Positions 19,457 to 28,831 of a stretch of 29,298 bases of DNA are shown piece after piece. The notes beneath the pieces are model-generated. The model had not been told where the DNA came from and did not search any database. It saw nothing but the letters and a program-made list of their open reading frames with translations. The stretch is taken from contig NZ_JAYKGW010000044.1 in NCBI RefSeq assembly GCF_035285525.1, forward strand, positions 1 to 29,298, written 5' to 3'. The DNA comes from Okeania sp. (GTDB lineage Bacteria > Cyanobacteriota > Cyanobacteriia > Cyanobacteriales > Microcoleaceae). How positions within the stretch are numbered: the stretch's first letter is position 1; every line of letters begins with the position of its first letter. A program made the translations under genes and the position numbers.

Positions 19457-19927
19457 TTAGTAACGATAGTGAGCAAAAGCCTTATTAGCTTCTGCCATTT
19501 TATGAGTTTCTTCTCGCTTGCGAATAGCACTACCCGTTTCGTTAGCTGCATCCATCAACTCATTAGCTAACTTCATAGCCATTGTTTTTCCACCTCTAGA
19601 CCTAGAATATTGCACCAACCAACGTAAAGCTAGAGTAGTTCCCCGATCAGAACGTACTTCCATCGGAACTTGATAAGTAGCACCACCCACACGACGAGCT
19701 TTAACTTCTACTAGGGGAGTCACATTTCGGACTGCCTTTTCAAATAATTCTAGTGGATCGGAACTTGTCCTTTCTTCAATAGCTGTAAAAGCATCATATA
19801 CGATATTCAGTGCTACAGACTTCTTGCCATGACGCATGATACGTCGGACTATCATGGTCACTAACCGACTATTATATTTTGGGTCTGGAGGAATGGGACG
19901 TTTGGGAACAACTCTACGACGAGACAT
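19457..19927 (-). CDS. rpsG: 30S ribosomal protein S7
   Basis: 156 aa from the internal ATG at 19927 ([20 protein letters not shown]), which is the canonical S7 N-terminus. The 17-codon upstream extension in the ORF track is rejected. Confidence 0.95.
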   Translation of the reverse strand: MSRRRVVPKRPIPPDPKYNSRLVTMIVRRIMRHGKKSVALNIVYDAFTAIEERTSSDPLELFEKAVRNVTPLVEVKARRVGGATYQVPMEVRSDRGTTLALRWLVQYSRSRGGKTMAMKLANELMDAANETGSAIRKREETHKMAEANKAFAHYRY

Positions 19928-20187
19928 AATAAAAAAATAAACTTTTAATAATGGATAATTACTTGATGCCAGATTCAATATCTGCTATGATTGTTAGTTT
20001 TAGCTAGAATTTTCGAGAATTTGGCATTTCACTAAATTTATACCAATTCACTCAAAAAATGTCACAAACAAATAGTTAGCTAGTAATTTATGAAGGAAGT
20101 CAAATAATTTAAGTTGAAATTATTGTAAAATTTAGGTTTAAAGTAACCCAAATCTTGACTTCAGAAAAACTTCTGGCTTCTGACTTT

Positions 20188-20562
20188 TTAGCCTTTAGGT
20201 CTTTTTGCCCCATATTTAGAGCGACCTTGTTTCCGGTCTTTGACTCCTGCGGTATCTAAAGTTCCACGAATTATGTGATATCTTACCCCAGGTAAGTCTT
20301 TAACCCTACCCCCTCTAATCATAACTACAGAGTGTTCCTGTAAGTTATGACCAATCCCTGGGATATAAGCAGTTACTTCAAAGCCTGAAGTTAGACGAAC
20401 CCTAGCTACTTTACGCAGAGCAGAGTTAGGCTTTTTCGGTGTCGTGGTATATACTCTGGTGCATACTCCACGACGTTGAGGACAACTTTTCAGAGCAGGA
20501 GATTTAGTTTTCTGCTCCATGTCTTGACGAGCTGAACGAATTAGTTGTTGAATTGTGGGCAT
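20188..20562 (-). CDS. rpsL: 30S ribosomal protein S12
   Basis: 124 aa starting MPTIQQLIR and continuing ...[16 protein letters not shown]. Canonical S12. Confidence 0.97.
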   Translation of the reverse strand: MPTIQQLIRSARQDMEQKTKSPALKSCPQRRGVCTRVYTTTPKKPNSALRKVARVRLTSGFEVTAYIPGIGHNLQEHSVVMIRGGRVKDLPGVRYHIIRGTLDTAGVKDRKQGRSKYGAKRPKG

Positions 20563-20616
20563 TAGTAATAGTTTTTCTAGTCGCTCTTATACTTTTTTGC
20601 TACTTATGAATAATTT

Positions 20617-20650
20617 ACCGTTGCACCAAAGGAACCTCTGGTGCAACGGT
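20617..20650. promoter_or_regulatory. Perfect 12-bp stem / 10-nt loop hairpin in the rpsL upstream region
   Basis: ACCGTTGCACCA-aaggaacctc-TGGTGCAACGGT lies 55 nt upstream of the rpsL ATG. A T-rich run (ctgcttttaataaagtttt) follows it only on the plus strand. Confidence 0.4.
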
Positions 20651-20715
20651 CTGCTTTTAATAAAGTTTTGGGAAATAAATATAGCAGTTCCTTAATCTAT
20701 GAAGTACACTTTTTT

Positions 20716-20925
20716 TGACCCCCCCTACCCCCCTTCAAAAGGGGGAGAGCCTTCAAAGTTTCCCTGTTGAAAGGGGTTAACCTTCAAAGTCTCCCTTGGA
20801 AATGGGGATTTATTTAGGACAATTTTCCGTGTTTCCCTGTTGAAAGGGGAAAGCCTTCAAAGTCCCTGCTTGGAAAAAGACAACCTTTCAAAGCTTCCCT
20901 GTTGAAAGGGGGATTTTCCGTATAC
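20716..20925. repeat. Cluster of degenerate about 31-nt hairpin units (TTCCCTGTTGAAAGGGG...CCTTCAAAGT)
   Basis: TTCCCTGTTGAAAGGGG occurs 3 times, CCTTCAAAG-type 4 times and ATTTTCCGT twice. There is also a CCCCCTT/AAGGGGG hairpin at 20729-20745. Confidence 0.7.
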
Positions 20926-21052
20926 TCCGTAACTGTGGAAATTGCTATAATAACGTTCTTGAAGTATTTTTTTACTTCTTTCCATGTTATTATTTCGCAG
21001 TAACTTTACAAACAATCTTTTATGTTAAATTATTGAGATGTATTTGTCAATA

Positions 21053-21376
21053 TCAAACAGAAAAAGAATTACCACAACCGCAAGTCACTGTAGCATTAGG
21101 ATTATTAAATCGGAACCCTCCACCCATAAGGTCCTCAGAATAGTCTAAGGTTAATCCATTCAGATAGTTGAGTTGTTGTGAATCAACAACTACTTTAATT
21201 TGACCATGCTCATAAACTTGATCGTCGCTAGCTTTTTCTGAATCAAATTCCATTGTGTAACAAAGACTACAGCAACCACCAGGTTTAACCTTTAAGCGAA
21301 ATAAAGCATTTGGTTGATTTTGTTTGGACTGAAGACGAATAATCTCTTGGACTGCTGCTTTGCTGAAGTTAATCAT
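21053..21376 (-). CDS. IscA/HesB-family iron-sulfur cluster insertion protein
   Basis: 107 aa from the internal ATG at 21376 (MINFSKAAVQEI). The family C-terminus CGCGNSF is present. The 25-codon extension in the ORF track is rejected. Confidence 0.85.
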   Translation of the reverse strand: MINFSKAAVQEIIRLQSKQNQPNALFRLKVKPGGCCSLCYTMEFDSEKASDDQVYEHGQIKVVVDSQQLNYLNGLTLDYSEDLMGGGFRFNNPNATVTCGCGNSFSV

Positions 21377-21532
21377 TGAGAATTTTTTTAGCTTAGGGAG
21401 TTGCAATTTGATAAAATACCAATTTGTGGGGTTTTGTTCTACTTTGCCCAATCTAATGGTTGGTACTTTATTTTTTTTACTAATCTTTACTAATGGTAGT
21501 GCATCGTTTCATCTTAAATCATGCAATATTAT

Positions 21533-21567
21533 GTAGGTTGGGTTGAGGGATTCCCCGAAACCCAACA
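21533..21567 (+). repeat. GTAGGTTGGGTTGA...AACCCAACA hairpin repeat
   Basis: GTTGGGTT / AACCCAAC stem. It belongs to the same family as the copies at 28034-28067, 28132-28167, 29192-29223 and 29250-29285. Confidence 0.8.
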
Positions 21568-21768
21568 AAAATCTTTCTCCCTTACTCCTCTACGGACGTT
21601 CCATGAAACGTTCCTACTACTCCCTAATGCTAATGCACTATTTTTAAGTGTTCCCTTTCTTCACTAATATCATGTCCAGATAATCAGTACTCAAAAAACT
21701 TTTTCCCTTAAACCTTCCTTTTCCCTCAGCAGCCTTCAGCATAGCTGCCTTCCTTCCTCAAACCCCAC

Positions 21769-22173
21769 TTAAGATTTGGCTCTAGCATAGTCATCTTGAA
21801 AACGAACAATATCATCTTCTCCAAGATACTCCCCATTTTGTACTTCAATCAATACTAAAGGAATCACTCCTGGATTTTCTAAACGATGGGAAGTACATTG
21901 AGGCACATAGGTAGATTGATTGTTTTCTAGAATTTCTTCTTGATCGCCACAAGTAACTTTAGCGGTTCCCGAAACGACAACCCAATGTTCGCTTCGGTGG
22001 TAGTGCATTTGTAAGCTGAGTCGATGTCCTGGTTTTACTTCTATACGTTTGATTTTATATCCAACGCCTTCTTCTAAAGTGGTAAATGACCCCCAAGGAC
22101 GTTCTACAGTAGCAGACTCTTCTAAGTTAGAAGCTAAATTAGGAACTTGAGGTGCTTCTTTAAGTTGTACCAT
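21769..22173 (-). CDS. Cupin-domain protein (mannose-6-phosphate isomerase type II C-terminal-domain-like)
   Basis: ERPWGSF..L......YKIKRIEVKPG.RLSLQMHYHRSEHWVVVSGTA...H.LENPG is typical of this cupin family. The start is taken at ATG 22173. The ORF-track start at 22200 is a TTG. Confidence 0.8.
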   Translation of the reverse strand: MVQLKEAPQVPNLASNLEESATVERPWGSFTTLEEGVGYKIKRIEVKPGHRLSLQMHYHRSEHWVVVSGTAKVTCGDQEEILENNQSTYVPQCTSHRLENPGVIPLVLIEVQNGEYLGEDDIVRFQDDYARAKS

Positions 22174-22422
22174 TGTTTGACGCTCTCCAACAGAAAACAA
22201 TAAAATATGAGATTGGTTTCCTTAACTCTGGGATTATTAACTATCTAGTGTTTAAGATAGGTATTATCCTCGGTCTTATAAAATTACATACTGATAGACA
22301 AATATTTTTTTAATAGCTCTCTGAGTTAACTTGGATACCATATCAAACATAGCAAAGTTACCCTTGCAACTGTCACCCCCTAACTAAGCTTTCTTCATAA
22401 TTTATAATTAAATCTTTATGTC

Positions 22423-22605
22423 TATAGAACCCCTAGAGGTGTCTTTACAAAGGTGTGTTTTTTTGCCAAAGAAGTCAGGAGTAAGAGAAATCAAATAGGG
22501 AAAAAGCTGGAAAAATAGCCTTATATTCCCCGACTCCCCGACTCCCCAACTCCCCTATTCCCCAACTCCCCAACTAATTTTAGAGACCCGTTTAGGGGTT
22601 CTATA
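22423..22605. mobile_element. MITE-like element with about 25-bp terminal inverted repeats, carrying an octamer array
   Basis: TATAGAACCCCTA... (22423-22447) versus the reverse complement of 22581-22605 matches at 21/25, with the first 13 positions perfect. Internally there are 6 tandem octamers TCCCCGAC/TCCCCAAC at 22527-22574. Confidence 0.55.
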
Positions 22606-22844
22606 CTTTAGAGTGAGTGGAAAATATCAAGCCTTTTCATTCTTTGAAACTTCCGAAAAAATCGTACTTCTAATAGGGTTGCATTTTTACCTAGGTTCTG
22701 ATATGATAATAAAAATCGACTGGTGTTGTTCGTCTATGCGCATGACTTTTTATTCAACTAACAAAGTTATTGTCCCTGAAAATCTTTAGAGGGTTAAGAG
22801 CCGTTAACTCCTACCATATATGCTTGCTAGTTATGGGTAATACC

Positions 22845-22946
22845 AAATCCGGTTATAAAAAGCTAGTTTGTCCAAGTTCTTCTAACCCTTCTCCCTTCTA
22901 CCCTCTGCCTTACCTTGACAGTAAATCTCTCTTCTAAACCGGATTT
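22845..22946. repeat. Perfect 10-bp inverted repeat pair flanking 82 bp
   Basis: AAATCCGGTT (22845-22854) and AACCGGATTT (22937-22946). Confidence 0.6.
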
Positions 22947-23203
22947 AGTATAAGTCCTGTATATTAAAAAATAGGCAATTGATATTCTCTCCATACTGCA
23001 GAGAAAAATAGGAAAGACTTTTTTAGTTATAATATCTAATCTCCAACAAAATTAAAATTGCACTCTATTGTTATTATTCAACTTACTTCTTAGTGTTCAA
23101 ATAAGTAATATAACAATGATGAAAACTCCGCTTACCGAGAGTAAAAACCCCTAAAAAATAGCCGTAGCAAAGGTATCTTGCCTGTAGCGAAAGTTAAGAT
23201 CTT

Positions 23204-26200
23204 ATGAGTAAATCAAAAATGAATAAATTTCACACAAAAAAAGCAAATAAAGAAACTTATCAGGGCCAAAGATGGTTGGTAGAAGAACGGGACGCTTGTG
23301 GAGTAGGTTTCATTGCTCATCCATCAGGGAAAAGAAGCCATGAAATTATCTTAAAAGCATTACCTGCCTTAACTTGCTTGGAACATCGCGGTGGTTGTAG
23401 CGCAGACCGAGACTCAGGAGACGGAGCAGGTTTGCTAACTCAAATCCCTTGGGAGCTGTTGTCCGAAAATCTGGAACTTGACCCCAATAACTGTGGTGTA
23501 GGAATGGTATTCTTACCCCAAGCAGACGAAAAAGCCAAAATAGCACGTCAGGCAATAGAAAAAACGATCGCGACAGAAGGTCTAAACTTAGTTGGTTGGC
23601 GAGTTGTACCCGTTCAACCCGAAAAATTGGGAGAACAAGCAAGAGCAAACCAACCACAAATAGAGCAAATTATCGTTAGTTCCGATAAATTACAAGGAGA
23701 TGAGTTGGAGCGATCGCTATACCTCACCCGTCGTAATATTGGTCGTGCCTTAAAAGTAGAAGGTTTTGCTTGGGGAATAGATGCTTATATTTGTTCCTTC
23801 TCTTGTCGGACCATTGTCTACAAAGGAATGGTGCGTTCCGCAGTATTGGGAGAATTTTACATAGACTTAACCAACCCAACTTATCAGAGTTCCTTCGCCG
23901 TTTACCATCGACGCTTCAGTACTAATACCATGCCTAGATGGCCTCTAGCTCAACCGATGCGATTAGTTGGTCACAATGGGGAAATTAATACTCTATTGGG
24001 AAATATTAACTGGATGAAAGCGCGTCAGTCCAGTCTCAGTTCCGGAGTCTGGCAGTCACGACTAGATGAGTTAAAACCTTTTGTTGATGACCAAAGTAGT
24101 GATTCGGCCAATCTAGATAATGTGATGGAATTAATTGTTAGTTCCGGACGTTCTCCCCTGGAAACATTGATGATCATGGTACCGGAAGCATACAAAAATC
24201 AGCCGGACTTGGTGGAACATCCAGAAATTGTCGATTTTTATGAATATTATAGTGGTTTACAGGAAGCTTGGGATGGTCCAGCGTTATTGGTATTTAGTGA
24301 TGGTAAACAAGTGGGGGCAGCTTTAGATCGAAATGGTTTACGACCAGCACGTTACTGCATTACGAATGATGACCTAATTATCGTATCGTCTGAAGTCGGA
24401 ACGGTTGATGTCCCAGAAGCAAAAATAGTGGAAAAAGGTCGCCTTGCTCCTGGAGAAATGATTGCTGTAGATTTTGGTACTAATGAAATTCTCAAAAATT
24501 GGGAAATCAAAAAGCGCATTAGTTCTCAGCGACCTTATGGGGAATGGTTGCAACAAAGAAAGGAGATCGAAAAGCAATCGTTTACGGCAAACACTCAATT
24601 GGAAGCACCAACTCTACTGCAATTACAAACTGCTTTTGGTTATAGTCTGGAAGACCTGGATATGGTGATTAACAGTATGGCAAGTTTGGGTAAGGAACCA
24701 ACGTTCTGTATGGGTGACGACATTCCTTTGGCAGTGCTTTCTCAACGCCCGCATTTGCTGTATGATTATTTTAAGCAAAGGTTTGCGCAAGTGACGAACC
24801 CTCCTATCGATCCACTCCGGGAAGGAATGGTGATGTCGTTGAATATGGTCCTCGGCAAGCGTGGTAATTTATTGGAAGTTAGTGCTGAAAATGCCCGGTT
24901 ATTAAAAATAGAATCACCTGTATTAAACGCAGCAGAATTAAAAGAAATTCAGGATTCAGATTTTGCTACAAAAACTCTTTCTACTCTATTTCCTGTAGCT
25001 GAAGGACCAGAAGGACTACAAAAAGCTGTAAATAATTTGTGCCAACAGGCAGCTACAGCGGTTGAGAATGGAACAGAAATTATTATTCTATCTGATAAAT
25101 TAGACAATGGTATCAGTGCAGATTTGACTTACATTCCTCCTCTTTTAGCTGTGGGTGCGGTTCACCATTACTTGATTAAACAACAACTGCGGATGAAAGT
25201 ATCCTTAGTAGTAGAAACAGCTCAGTGTTGGAGTACCCATCATTTCGCTTGTTTAGTTGGTTATGGTGCGAGTTCAGTTCATGCTTATTTGGCGTTAGAG
25301 TCTGTTCGTGCTTGGTGGTCGAGTTCCACAGTGCAAAAGCAAATGGAACGGGGTAAAATTGACAAAATTACGATCGAAGCAGCACAAAAACAATATCGTC
25401 AAGCAATAGAAGCAGGATTATTGAAAATTCTTTCAAAAATGGGAATTTCTTTGTTGTCTTCTTACCACGGAGCGCAGATTTTTGAAGCTATCGGTATTGG
25501 TGGAGATTTGTTAGAATTAGGTTTCCGGGGAACTACTTCTCGAATAGGTGGTTTAACTGTCGCTGAGTTAGCACAAGAAACGATCTCTTTCCACAGTCGG
25601 GCGTTTCCAGAATTGAATATTAAAAAGCTGGAAAATTACGGATTTGTGCAATATCGCCCCAGTGGTGAATATCATATGAATAGTCCGGAAATGGCAAAAG
25701 CTCTTCATAAAGCTGTCGCCAGTAATGGTAACACAGGCATCTTGCCTGTAACTAACGGTAACGGCAAACATCAGGAAACCACAGAGTACGACCATTATGA
25801 CCTTTACCGGAAATATTTGCAAGAGCGACCAGTAACAGCTTTACGGGATTTGTTAGACCTGAATATTCCATCCACTTCTATACCTCTGGAGGAAGTGGAA
25901 CCCGCAGTGGAAATAATGAAACGTTTTTGTACTGGGGGAATGTCTCTGGGGTCTTTGTCACGGGAAGCTCACGAAACTTTAGCGATCGCGATGAACCGCA
26001 TCGGTGGTAAATCTAATTCTGGTGAAGGTGGAGAAGATGCGACTAGATTTAAGATTTTAAATGATGTTAATAGTCAAGGTTTATCGACTTTATTCCCTCA
26101 TCTCAAAGGATTACAAAATGGTGACACTGCCTCTTCCGCTATCAAACAAGTAGCTTCGGGTAGGTTTGGGGTGACTCCAGAATATCTGATGAGTGCTAAA

Positions 26201-27886
26201 CAGATTGAAATTAAAGTTGCTCAGGGAGCAAAACCAGGTGAAGGCGGTCAGTTACCAGGGAAAAAGGTTAGCGACTATATTGCCACACTTCGTCGTTCTA
26301 AACCAGGAGTGTCGTTGATTTCACCACCTCCTCACCATGACATTTATTCGATTGAGGATTTGGCACAGTTAATTTTTGATCTCCACCAAATCAACCCTAA
26401 TGCTGGTGTTTCGGTGAAACTGGTGGCAGAAATTGGTATCGGCACGATCGCTGCTGGTGTTGCGAAAGCCAATGCTGATGTGATTCAGATATCTGGTCAC
26501 GATGGTGGTACTGGTGCATCTCCTCTGAGTTCGATTAAACACGCTGGTAGTCCGTGGGAGTTAGGTTTGACTGAAGTACATCGGGTATTGATGGAAAATG
26601 AACTACGCGATCGCGTGACTCTCCGGGTAGATGGTGGTTTGAAAACTGGTTGGGATGTAATTATGGCAGCATTAATGGGTGCTGAAGAATTTGGCTTTGG
26701 TTCCATTGCGATGATTGCTGAAGGTTGCATTATGGCGAGGATTTGTCATACTAATACTTGTCCGGTTGGTGTAGCAACGCAGCAAGAGAAGTTGCGTCAG
26801 AAGTTTACTGGGGTGCCAGAAAATGTGGTTAATTTCTTCTGGTTTATTGCTGAGGAAGTCCGAACTATTTTGGCAAAATTGGGTTATCGTTCCCTCCAAG
26901 AAATATTAGGTCGTGCAGACTTACTGAAAGAACGTGAAAATATAGATTTAACCAAAACCGCAGGTGTGAATTTAGATTGTTTGCTGAAGTTGCCAGATAC
27001 TCGCACTAACCGAGATTGGCTAAACCATGAAAAAGTTCACAGCAATGGTCCGGTTTTAGATGATGTGCTGTTGGGCGATCAGGAAATTGAAACTGCCATT
27101 ATGAATCAGGGAACTGTTTCTAAAACCACAGAAATTCTGAATACTGACCGTACCATTGGAGCTAGAATATCAGGAGCGATCGCTTCCCGTTATGGAAATA
27201 CTGGTTTTGAAGGGTTGATTAATTTGACATTTAATGGTAGTGCAGGTCAGAGTTTTGGTGCTTTCAATTTGCCAGGAATGATTTTAACATTGCAAGGTGA
27301 AGCTAATGATTATGTTGGTAAGGGAATGCACGGTGGGGAGATTATTATTAAGCCATCTGTGACAGCAGGTTATGATCCTGCGGAAAACGTGATTATTGGT
27401 AATACTTGTTTATATGGTGCGACTGGTGGGATTGTGTTTGCGAATGGTCAAGCAGGGGAACGTTTTGCAGTCCGAAATTCGATGGGTAAAGCAGTTATTG
27501 AAGGTGCTGGCGATCATGCTTGTGAGTATATGACTGGTGGTGTTGTGGTTTGTTTGGGTAAAGCAGGTCGCAATGTTGGTGCTGGTATGACTGGAGGAAT
27601 TGCTTATTTCTTGGATGAGGATGGTGATTTTCCGGCAAGGGTGAATAATGAAATCGTTTCTATTCAGCGGGTGTGTACTCCAGAAGGTGAGGCGCAGTTG
27701 CGGGAGTTGATTTCGTTACACGTTGAAAAGACTGGTAGTGCTAAGGCAAAGGCTATTTTGGCTAATTGGTCTGAATATTTGCCGAAGTTTTATCAGGTTG
27801 TGCCTCCTTCTGAAGCTGAGACGACTGTAGCAACTGTTGAAGTGAAGGAAGAAGAAAGAAGGAAGAAGGAAGAAGTGAGAAGTTAA
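23204..27886 (+). CDS. gltS: Ferredoxin-dependent glutamate synthase (Fd-GOGAT)
   Basis: 1560 aa. A short propeptide precedes the catalytic Cys of the Ntn amidotransferase domain ([11 protein letters not shown]). The central FMN/3Fe-4S domain and the C-terminal GXGXG beta-helix domain are present. There is no NADPH small-subunit fusion. Confidence 0.97.
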   Translation: MSKSKMNKFHTKKANKETYQGQRWLVEERDACGVGFIAHPSGKRSHEIILKALPALTCLEHRGGCSADRDSGDGAGLLTQIPWELLSENLELDPNNCGVGMVFLPQADEKAKIARQAIEKTIATEGLNLVGWRVVPVQPEKLGEQARANQPQIEQIIVSSDKLQGDELERSLYLTRRNIGRALKVEGFAWGIDAYICSFSCRTIVYKGMVRSAVLGEFYIDLTNPTYQSSFAVYHRRFSTNTMPRWPLAQPMRLVGHNGEINTLLGNINWMKARQSSLSSGVWQSRLDELKPFVDDQSSDSANLDNVMELIVSSGRSPLETLMIMVPEAYKNQPDLVEHPEIVDFYEYYSGLQEAWDGPALLVFSDGKQVGAALDRNGLRPARYCITNDDLIIVSSEVGTVDVPEAKIVEKGRLAPGEMIAVDFGTNEILKNWEIKKRISSQRPYGEWLQQRKEIEKQSFTANTQLEAPTLLQLQTAFGYSLEDLDMVINSMASLGKEPTFCMGDDIPLAVLSQRPHLLYDYFKQRFAQVTNPPIDPLREGMVMSLNMVLGKRGNLLEVSAENARLLKIESPVLNAAELKEIQDSDFATKTLSTLFPVAEGPEGLQKAVNNLCQQAATAVENGTEIIILSDKLDNGISADLTYIPPLLAVGAVHHYLIKQQLRMKVSLVVETAQCWSTHHFACLVGYGASSVHAYLALESVRAWWSSSTVQKQMERGKIDKITIEAAQKQYRQAIEAGLLKILSKMGISLLSSYHGAQIFEAIGIGGDLLELGFRGTTSRIGGLTVAELAQETISFHSRAFPELNIKKLENYGFVQYRPSGEYHMNSPEMAKALHKAVASNGNTGILPVTNGNGKHQETTEYDHYDLYRKYLQERPVTALRDLLDLNIPSTSIPLEEVEPAVEIMKRFCTGGMSLGSLSREAHETLAIAMNRIGGKSNSGEGGEDATRFKILNDVNSQGLSTLFPHLKGLQNGDTASSAIKQVASGRFGVTPEYLMSAKQIEIKVAQGAKPGEGGQLPGKKVSDYIATLRRSKPGVSLISPPPHHDIYSIEDLAQLIFDLHQINPNAGVSVKLVAEIGIGTIAAGVAKANADVIQISGHDGGTGASPLSSIKHAGSPWELGLTEVHRVLMENELRDRVTLRVDGGLKTGWDVIMAALMGAEEFGFGSIAMIAEGCIMARICHTNTCPVGVATQQEKLRQKFTGVPENVVNFFWFIAEEVRTILAKLGYRSLQEILGRADLLKERENIDLTKTAGVNLDCLLKLPDTRTNRDWLNHEKVHSNGPVLDDVLLGDQEIETAIMNQGTVSKTTEILNTDRTIGARISGAIASRYGNTGFEGLINLTFNGSAGQSFGAFNLPGMILTLQGEANDYVGKGMHGGEIIIKPSVTAGYDPAENVIIGNTCLYGATGGIVFANGQAGERFAVRNSMGKAVIEGAGDHACEYMTGGVVVCLGKAGRNVGAGMTGGIAYFLDEDGDFPARVNNEIVSIQRVCTPEGEAQLRELISLHVEKTGSAKAKAILANWSEYLPKFYQVVPPSEAETTVATVEVKEEERRKKEEVRS
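27844..27885. repeat. STRR-type heptamer array (GAAGGAA-type, 6 units) inside the 3' end of gltS
   Basis: The units are GAAGGAA GAAGAAA GAAGGAA GAAGGAA GAAGTGA GAAGTTA. They encode the last 13 codons ([13 protein letters not shown]) and supply the first two bases of the TAA stop. Confidence 0.9.
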
Positions 27887-27890
27887 GTTG

Positions 27891-28167
27891 CTGCTAGACA
27901 CAGATTTGGGCACGAATAAACGGATTAATTATTTGGCATCATCTGTGTATCCGTGCCCTAATTAGTGTGAGCGAAACGGAGCAATCATTTGGAAGTATCC
28001 GTGTATTTGTGCCATAATCAGTGTGAGCGCATTTGTTGGGTTTCCTTGCATCAACCCAACCTACAAACTGCTAGACACAGATTTGGGCACGGATAAACGG
28101 ATTAATTATTTGGCATCATCTGTGTATCCGTTGTTGGGTTTCCTTGCGTCAACCCAACCTACAAACT
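27891..28167. repeat. Composite repeat block: a 64-bp direct repeat pair plus two GTTGGGTT hairpin repeats
   Basis: 27891-27954 and 28068-28131 are identical at 63/64 positions. TGTTGGGTTTCCTTGC(A/G)TCAACCCAACCTACAAACT occurs at 28034-28067 and 28132-28167. TAAT.AGTGTGAGCG occurs twice. There are several GGCAC..ATA.ACGGAT inverted motifs. Confidence 0.85.
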
Positions 28168-28186
28168 ACTACAATTTTGTTATTAG

Positions 28187-28601
28187 TTATGTGGAGTGTT
28201 CAAATAACTGTTGAACTGAAAAAATAGGCAGATTTGCACCAACAAAATCATTAGCATTACGAGTAACAATAACATCTACATTTTTAGCATAAGCACAAGC
28301 TAATTCCACTGCATCTTCAAAATCTCTCAAATGAGAAGCAAAAGCAGTTTCTCAAATATTATGATCGACGTTGCAAATTTTCATTAATGCTAATGTCATA
28401 GCAACTGCTGCTCTTGGTTTTTCAAGACTTTTAGTTTGTTTTCTGACAATGTAGAAAATATTAGTTAAAGTTGTTTCTGTAACATATCCTTCTATTTCCT
28501 GAATTCTTATAGCTTCAAATAAAACATTAACATCATTCAAAAAAAGCTCTCTCTCTAAGACAAAATCCAGGACGATATTAGTATCTATATAATACTCTCA
28601 T
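28187..28601 (-). pseudogene. PIN-domain (VapC-like) toxin pseudogene
   Basis: The ATG (28599-28601) overlaps the antitoxin stop as ATGA. The PIN-like sequence IDTNIVLDFVLERELFLNDVNVLFEAI... is in a different frame from that ATG, implying a 1-nt shift within the first 6 codons. There is an in-frame TGA at 28352-28354. The frame then continues as ETAFASHLRDFEDAVELACAYAKNVDVIVTRNANDF... Confidence 0.75.
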
Positions 28602-28831
28602 TTTAGATATTTTTCTACTAAACGTTCTTCTAGCATGGCTTCAACTTCAGCATCAGTTGGAGGTGGGTTATCTGTTTTTGCTATGCCTCGCCAACCTTCT
28701 ATAGCAGATTTGAGGTCTGGACGGGGGCGGAGTTCTTCATTCAAAGAATCTGTAATAGCCTTGAGTAATAACAGGCGATCGCTCACCGATAAATTCAAAG
28801 CTTGTCTTTTTAGTTCTTGTAGTTCAGACAT
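28598..28831 (-). CDS. Putative type II antitoxin (addiction-module-component-like), intact
   Basis: 77 aa, MSELQELKRQALNLSVSDRLLLLKAITDSL...PPTDAEVEAMLEERLVEKYLK. It sits immediately upstream of the PIN reading frame and overlaps it. The family assignment is from memory. Confidence 0.65.
   Translation of the reverse strand: MSELQELKRQALNLSVSDRLLLLKAITDSLNEELRPRPDLKSAIEGWRGIAKTDNPPPTDAEVEAMLEERLVEKYLK

Noticed and set aside
21590-21630. The ggacgttccatgaaacgttcc motif considered as a glutamine-riboswitch-like or other structured RNA
   Set aside because: It consists of two direct ACGTTCC copies without the conserved riboswitch core. It is not upstream of a nitrogen-regulated small gene. It resembles common dispersed repeats.
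23164-23177. Possible NtcA box GTAGCAAAGGTATC just upstream of gltS
   Set aside because: The second half-site is ATC rather than TAC. The site is only about 30 nt from the ATG, too close for a class II NtcA promoter. No -10 is at the right distance.
3920-27885. Tandem arrays (3920-3977, 8781-8846, 22527-22574, 27844-27885 and others) considered as CRISPR arrays
   Set aside because: The units are 7, 8 or 14 nt and directly abut, with no spacers of 25-40 nt. There are no cas genes. These are STRR-type microsatellite-like arrays.
23346-27913. Seven ORFs of 64-103 aa inside or overlapping gltS (23346-23657, 24374-24598, 24474-24668, 25568-25822, 26497-26730, 26672-26899, 27716-27913)
   Set aside because: All lie within or overlap the strongly supported 1560-aa Fd-GOGAT frame, on the opposite strand or in another frame. 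They have low-complexity or odd composition and no recognisable motifs. They are shadow ORFs.
28023-28214. 63-aa plus-strand ORF downstream of gltS
   Set aside because: It lies entirely inside the duplicated 64-bp units and GTTGGGTT hairpin repeats. Its translation simply reads through repeats.
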